Positions 59,103 to 64,000 of a stretch of DNA of 64,000 bases are shown here, piece after piece. Source of the stretch: a virus; IMG/VR virus record IMGVR_UViG_3300019850_000208, positions 32,001 to 96,000 of that record, one strand, 5' to 3'. Below the pieces are notes generated by a model that had not been told where the DNA came from, made no database searches, and saw nothing but the letters and a program-made list of their open reading frames with translations. A program made the position numbers and the translations under genes. Within the stretch, counting starts at the first letter, position 1; each line of letters starts with the position of its first letter.

Positions 59103-59118
59103 TTATTCCTATAATAGT

Positions 59119-61053
59119 TTATCCCCTCAATGCTCCGGAATTCAAAAAACCGTCTAGTATTACTAAGTTGCCGCTGACTACGGCGCGCCACACTTTGCTA
59201 TCATAAAAATTCAAACTCAAGAAGCTTTCCGTGGCATCCTCAGGATTAGTAGATTCTTTACTGCTATTATATGGTGGAGGGAATCCCTTACCATCATTAT
59301 GAACCTTTATTTTATAGTAATAATAATGTTCAGTCTCTAATCCAGTATATGTATCGTCATATCTAGTTACAGGTAATCCATCTGAATCTATAGCATCGAT
59401 CGTATCAATAATTACAAATAAATTGTCTGGAGGACCATCTGGTGTATTATATAATCTCGCGGCATCTCCGGTACCAGCATCAAATCTGTATATATCGTAT
59501 CCCGTTGCCTGCATGACCATTTTCCAGGTAATTCTAATCCTATCTGTAAATTCCATTCTACTACAATCAACATCTATCGTTCTTGGCTCCCTTTCGGTGT
59601 CGGGTATTCTAAGAGAACCCAATTGATCATTGAGCAAATTAGATTTTTTTGTCAAAATATCAATGCCCTGATCATTTGAAAATCTATCTACCAATGTTCC
59701 ACCTGACTTATTTATCCGCGCATCTACCCATAAATATCGGATTGCGCGTAGTGCCGAAAATGAGCCATCCGCGGTCACAGGGCTAAGTTGCCCTAATATA
59801 TTATTTTCTATCTCTGTCATTCTATTATTTATCTTTGTATTGAAATCATTAGTTAAAGCATTTACCGCCCCTATTTCGCTATCGCTATAACCAGGACCAT
59901 GTAGCGTGGGGCTTGCCGGCAAGTGCGCGCTCAATTGGCTCACCCATGAGCCGCTTCCACCTCCAGTCGTTACTTCTGTATAAAAGGTATTTGTTTCTGT
60001 CCACCCAAATGCGATGTCTCCAGAATTATCCCATGTTCCAGTACCACCTAATAATTCCCAATTAGTTGTTGTGCTACCAACTATTGATGTTGTGGCTTTA
60101 TAATAATCAATTATATCAATTAAAATTGGTGGTATTCCATTTATAGCGTTTATGAGACTTGTTAATGCATTGTAATAGATTGTCAAAGCAGCCGGAAAAT
60201 CTGACCATCCAAGGCCATCCTTATTAGACCACCAGTCATTGTCCGTTGCTCTTTGATTATTGTTCCAAATATAATAATTTCTTACTATCGCTGGATGAGG
60301 ACCACCACTCCAATCTGGAATTGAATTTCCACCTTCTTCATGATCAGTAATAAATGTATAATAGCCTTGCCACTGATATGATTGTGTTGTTGCATTATAT
60401 ACCTTATATATCATTACCGGGGATAGCCATCCTAACCAATTAACATCATTTGCCTCTATATAATACTTACCATTCTGTAGCGGAGTACTCTGGCCGGGAA
60501 TAATTACTCTTATTCCTATATAGTTAGGAGGCAGATTTGAATCTGATTGCAATGTAACCGTAGTTCCTGCGGCAGCTGACCACCGACTTTCAGAATAAGC
60601 AGCTTCAGAAAATATATAACCATTTAATAACTGGTCTGAAACACTTGCTAAATTATTTACTAATCCAACTATACCACTAGTTCCGCTTCCTGATGTTCCA
60701 TTTGTATAAACTTGCGGTGCCAACTTGTATGTATTCATTTCCAAATACTGTTGGCTCAAAGTCGGAAAAGTATCAAAATCAGATGCCTTTACAGAAAGGC
60801 GCCATGGAGATGTACTTGATAAATTATTCCATGCTCCCATAAATTTATTAACTGTTTTGCCATTCAGAGCCGTTCTCTCACCATAATATTTTATAATTGC
60901 ATTTTCAACAGCTGTAAATAACTGGCCATTAGCTTGATCATTTGATCGTATGGAGATTCTTTCCATGTTCCACATATACCAAACGCTGAATTTATTCGCG
61001 CGGGCATCAGCTTTGATGGATTCCTTTTTCTGTTCGAAGGTTGTTAAACCCAC
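59119..61053 (-). CDS. Hypothetical baseplate-region protein with a C-terminal FN3-like domain (GTG start)
   Basis: IRITWK..ATGYDIYR...YDD..L....YYYKIK. Confidence 0.7.
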   Translation of the reverse strand: MGLTTFEQKKESIKADARANKFSVWYMWNMERISIRSNDQANGQLFTAVENAIIKYYGERTALNGKTVNKFMGAWNNLSSTSPWRLSVKASDFDTFPTLSQQYLEMNTYKLAPQVYTNGTSGSGTSGIVGLVNNLASVSDQLLNGYIFSEAAYSESRWSAAAGTTVTLQSDSNLPPNYIGIRVIIPGQSTPLQNGKYYIEANDVNWLGWLSPVMIYKVYNATTQSYQWQGYYTFITDHEEGGNSIPDWSGGPHPAIVRNYYIWNNNQRATDNDWWSNKDGLGWSDFPAALTIYYNALTSLINAINGIPPILIDIIDYYKATTSIVGSTTTNWELLGGTGTWDNSGDIAFGWTETNTFYTEVTTGGGSGSWVSQLSAHLPASPTLHGPGYSDSEIGAVNALTNDFNTKINNRMTEIENNILGQLSPVTADGSFSALRAIRYLWVDARINKSGGTLVDRFSNDQGIDILTKKSNLLNDQLGSLRIPDTEREPRTIDVDCSRMEFTDRIRITWKMVMQATGYDIYRFDAGTGDAARLYNTPDGPPDNLFVIIDTIDAIDSDGLPVTRYDDTYTGLETEHYYYYKIKVHNDGKGFPPPYNSSKESTNPEDATESFLSLNFYDSKVWRAVVSGNLVILDGFLNSGALRG

Positions 61054-61217
61054 ATCTTAACCCCTTTTTTCAAATTGTCTTTAGCCCATAGTGGTTGAAG
61101 ATTAGTATAGTGAAAGCATCTCTTTTGTTGTTCGGGATCAGTCAAATCAAAGCGGCAGCAGGGTATAATGTGATCCATATGTATTTCGCCACATTTGGAA
61201 CATCTTTTTGTTTTCAT
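61044..61217 (-). pseudogene. 57-aa internally deleted HNH (endonuclease VII-like) homing endonuclease, not in ORF track
   Basis: MKTKRCSKCGEI joined to HMDHIIPCCRFDLTDPEQQKRCFHYTNLQPLWAKDNLKKG; AAGGAG RBS. Confidence 0.8.
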
Positions 61218-61232
61218 CTATTTTTAACTCCT

Positions 61233-62756
61233 TTATGCTTTTACAAAAACCTGTCCAGCACTAGGTGTGCTGCAAGGCCCACCTGATACGCCAGGAGGCG
61301 ATATAATAAGGGCAGTTTGATTTAGAATTGAAGCTACAGCCGCTCCAAGATCAACCATTGAACCAATTGTCACTTTTGCATTCCCTATAATTTTCACTTT
61401 CGCATTAGCATTTATTTCAGCATTTGCATTAGCATTCACTTTGAAATTCATACTATCAGATTTTGTGTCATTAGCATCCAATTTAAGTGTTCCAAGACTG
61501 TCTGTTATTGTTATTAATTGCGGTTCTATTGAGATCGAACCCTTATCATTCGCGGTATCAAATTTAAGTATTCCAGAATCAACGCTTATTGTCTCCAGTG
61601 GGTTATTGCTCGTATCAACTCTTTTAATGCTTATTTCACCTAGCGTGTTAACGAGTAATCCTGGTGTTTCGTTGTTAAATCTCAAGACTTCAAAACTATC
61701 ACCATATTCATAACTTCCAGTTGGATCACTGACTTGAGGATTATCAGTAGCGTTGGCACCATGCACCCACATACCATTTTTTTGCATTTTGATAAAATTT
61801 CCCCAATCATCCTCCATATCAAAAGCTGTATTATCACTGCCCAGACCTGACGCTATGATGTGGATGCCATCTTTCTCAAGATTTATGGAGTTATTCCATA
61901 CATCATCCATATGAATTCCATCATCATCCATCCATACAGAACTATAAGATGCAAACTCAGTATCTTTCTGATCTTCATTTCTCTTTGTTACTTTTGTTTT
62001 ATAAAATAATCGTATTTCATCATCTTGAATTCTAAAAAAATTGGAATAGTTGTTGTTTAGCGGGTCGTTTCTATCCGAATCATCTGATATCTCGCCTTCT
62101 AGTATAACATCATCATCTATAGAATAAGGTTCATAATTATATGTATATCCGATCTCATAGCCATCATTAGATGTCCGGCCTTGATTATATTTCAATATTG
62201 TAAATTCCTTTTCGGATAGTTTTAATAGATTTTCAGATTTAATCCATGAATCAGAATCATCACCATCCGCATAAAAATTCATATTATATTGATCATCGCT
62301 TCGAGTTGGGTATTGTGTTTTCCAGACAATTGTTGTCGGATCATTGTCCATCTCTACTGGTAATGCTGGAATAGTAAAACTCGTTTCTCCATCTTTTTGA
62401 ATATCTAATTTCTGTAAATTGGAAGTGCCAAGCCAAATTGGAGTGGAACCATCGCCATCTAAATATGCAATGAACCCTATAGAACCTATCGGCGGAATAA
62501 TACATATTCCAGAATTTTGAGGGCCACCATTCAGAGTAAGAACAAAAGACCATGTGTAGTTTTCATCACTTTCAGATGGTGTATCGAATTTTAGAACTCT
62601 AACCCTCACCCTACCTCTATTTTGAGGGTCATTTGTGTTGATTACTTTGGCCCTATAAATGGCATTATATTGTCCTGATCTTAGATTATCCATCTCCGCG
62701 GGGAGATATCTTTTTACCGTTAAATCACTATTTGAAGCTCTTGTTCTTGTTTCCAT
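61233..62756 (-). CDS. Baseplate hub/spike protein, T4 gp5/VgrG-like OB fold (PF04717-like)
   Basis: YRAKVINTNDPQNRGRVRVRV...PPIGS...DGD...PIWLG; C-terminal beta-helix repeats. Confidence 0.85.
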   Translation of the reverse strand: METRTRASNSDLTVKRYLPAEMDNLRSGQYNAIYRAKVINTNDPQNRGRVRVRVLKFDTPSESDENYTWSFVLTLNGGPQNSGICIIPPIGSIGFIAYLDGDGSTPIWLGTSNLQKLDIQKDGETSFTIPALPVEMDNDPTTIVWKTQYPTRSDDQYNMNFYADGDDSDSWIKSENLLKLSEKEFTILKYNQGRTSNDGYEIGYTYNYEPYSIDDDVILEGEISDDSDRNDPLNNNYSNFFRIQDDEIRLFYKTKVTKRNEDQKDTEFASYSSVWMDDDGIHMDDVWNNSINLEKDGIHIIASGLGSDNTAFDMEDDWGNFIKMQKNGMWVHGANATDNPQVSDPTGSYEYGDSFEVLRFNNETPGLLVNTLGEISIKRVDTSNNPLETISVDSGILKFDTANDKGSISIEPQLITITDSLGTLKLDANDTKSDSMNFKVNANANAEINANAKVKIIGNAKVTIGSMVDLGAAVASILNQTALIISPPGVSGGPCSTPSAGQVFVKA

Positions 62757-62759
62757 GAT

Positions 62760-63107
62760 TTAAGCTCCAGAAATACTAAGCACTCTAAATGAATCTGGAA
62801 TTCTTATGGTTGTTCCAGCTTTAAGATCTTTAATTGGGTGTTGAATGTTATTGGTTTTGGCGATTACCCACCACAATTTTGTTGTTCCATAAAATTTAAG
62901 AGATATTAAATCGGGTCTGTATTGCGTCGCATTATCGATAACGTAAAATGTATCCAATTCTCCTCTGGGAAATGAAGGCAAATTTTGATAGCCAAGACCA
63001 ATTCTATATGTAGATATATTCTCATCGTATATAATATCATAGTATTGATATCGATTGTCTTCAGTAAATAAATTATTTTTCTTTTTAGAAGAAGTAGTAT
63101 AAGCCAT
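62760..63107 (-). CDS. LysM-like baseplate wedge protein (T4 gp53/P2 gpX-like)
   Basis: RPDLISLKFYG...LWWVIA..NNI..P..L.AGT.IRIP. Confidence 0.85.
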   Translation of the reverse strand: MAYTTSSKKKNNLFTEDNRYQYYDIIYDENISTYRIGLGYQNLPSFPRGELDTFYVIDNATQYRPDLISLKFYGTTKLWWVIAKTNNIQHPIKDLKAGTTIRIPDSFRVLSISGA

Positions 63108-63118
63108 AAATTTTCTCC

Positions 63119-63955
63119 TTAGAATGGCCTTATTTTATCTATGATAGATTGTTTGAGTGTAGCCGATTGTCCTGGCTGCGGTTGCAAAGGTATATATCCT
63201 GATAGATCTCTAAATCCTTCGTATGTAAAAATGTCTTCATCAACTTCTATCATATTAAGTGAAATAGTGAGTTTTTGATTTCTCTTCGTTTCTGGATTAA
63301 TTTGACCTTCATGTGCTAGGCTGACTTGAGTCACAATGAATAATGGATCTATATCATCTTTTTGAACAATCTGGCCATTTTTATCTTTCCAGCTAACGCG
63401 CTTTTTAAAGTAATGCCCATAATGTAGTCTTACTACCGGAGGAGCTGTGTTATCTGAACGATGATATTGTGGAACTACCAGGCCTCTTAATGTATTGGCA
63501 ATCCAATAAACAGTATCTTCATCCCAGCCAACTAAATCTTCCATCCCCTGATACTCTTTTGCTTTTAACTGCCCCAATGTGCTAACTGCAGCACTCGGGA
63601 CATTCATAGCTCCCTTTCTAATTGTTGATTTCGCCAGATCACTTATTGTTGTTGCTATTATCTCCGTAGGGTTATTTGTTGTAACTGGCGGTTCAAGAAC
63701 AGCATAAGTTAAATTGATCTGCAAACTTCTGTTTTGAGAACCTGTATATGTATAGAGACTATTAGATCTGCCAAGGATCTGTAATGCTGACCAATTGGCC
63801 GATTTAGAATCGCCACTAATTTCTGGCTTGAACTGAAATGGAATCCTGGATGGAATGCTCAAGGTTTCTTGACCATATCTAGTAGCGCGTGCGCCAGGTT
63901 TTGGAGGTCTATAAATACTGTTCTTACCTGAACCATAGCCTCCCTCCTCAGCCAT
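63119..63955 (-). CDS. Tail-tube-like baseplate protein (tube initiator/CIS tube type)
   Basis: PFQFKPEIS.SKSANW....ILGRS....Y.GS..RSL...PPVVRL.YG. Confidence 0.7.
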   Translation of the reverse strand: MAEEGGYGSGKNSIYRPPKPGARATRYGQETLSIPSRIPFQFKPEISGDSKSANWSALQILGRSNSLYTYTGSQNRSLQINLTYAVLEPPVTTNNPTEIIATTISDLAKSTIRKGAMNVPSAAVSTLGQLKAKEYQGMEDLVGWDEDTVYWIANTLRGLVVPQYHRSDNTAPPVVRLHYGHYFKKRVSWKDKNGQIVQKDDIDPLFIVTQVSLAHEGQINPETKRNQKLTISLNMIEVDEDIFTYEGFRDLSGYIPLQPQPGQSATLKQSIIDKIRPF

Positions 63956-64000
63956 ATTTAATGGCTCTCCTGAATTATTAACATTTCCTTTGGAAAATAC

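Noticed and set aside
7478-61713. Many short plus-strand ORFs in the track (e.g. 11639..12181, 25538..25966, 28437..28724, 61095..61286)
   Set aside because: Antisense shadows of minus-strand genes, without RBS or recognisable motifs.
53361-63955. Bacterial eCIS/T6SS/tailocin locus rather than phage
   Set aside because: T4-scale baseplate proteins, homing endonucleases, many small phage-type ORFs and no host genes in 64 kb favour a large phage, although capsid genes are outside the window.
1-64000. Stop-codon reassignment
   Set aside because: Very long ORFs and tight gene packing under the standard code; TAG and TGA both end genes just before RBSs.

Overview
This window is the virion-morphogenesis region of a large (jumbo/huge-type) myophage using the standard genetic code. 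Nearly all genes are on the minus strand. From right to left: a contractile-tail baseplate module (tube-like protein, LysM/gp53, gp5/VgrG-like hub, gp25, gp6/J, gpI-like, gp8-like; 53-64 kb); four paralogous CBM+LamG proteins (36.7-52.6 kb); then about 35 kb of tail-fibre/appendage genes, including a 2901-aa repetitive fibre, tail-collar tips, a C1q tip, a beta-helix spike and a peptidase-G2 chaperone fibre. A Hef-like homing endonuclease, a deleted mini-HNH and small unrelated genes are interspersed. No rRNA, tRNA, CRISPR array, reverse transcriptase or recombinase was seen. The most striking pattern is a modular appendage system: (i) an ~80-aa 'VFxNG' domain occurs as four circularly permuted three-domain blocks, one nested inside another, inserted into loops of LamG/CBM domains; (ii) five fibre genes share a short N-terminal peptide that could plug into such blocks; (iii) accessory gene cassettes are bracketed by direct repeats or paralogues. 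Also notable: unrelated small proteins sharing a C-terminal K-x-x-phi-I-x-x-phi-F helix, a candidate phage promoter (AGATA-N7-TATATAGAAG), and a pseudoknot abutting a Shine-Dalgarno sequence. All family calls come from motif recognition by eye; no searches were run.
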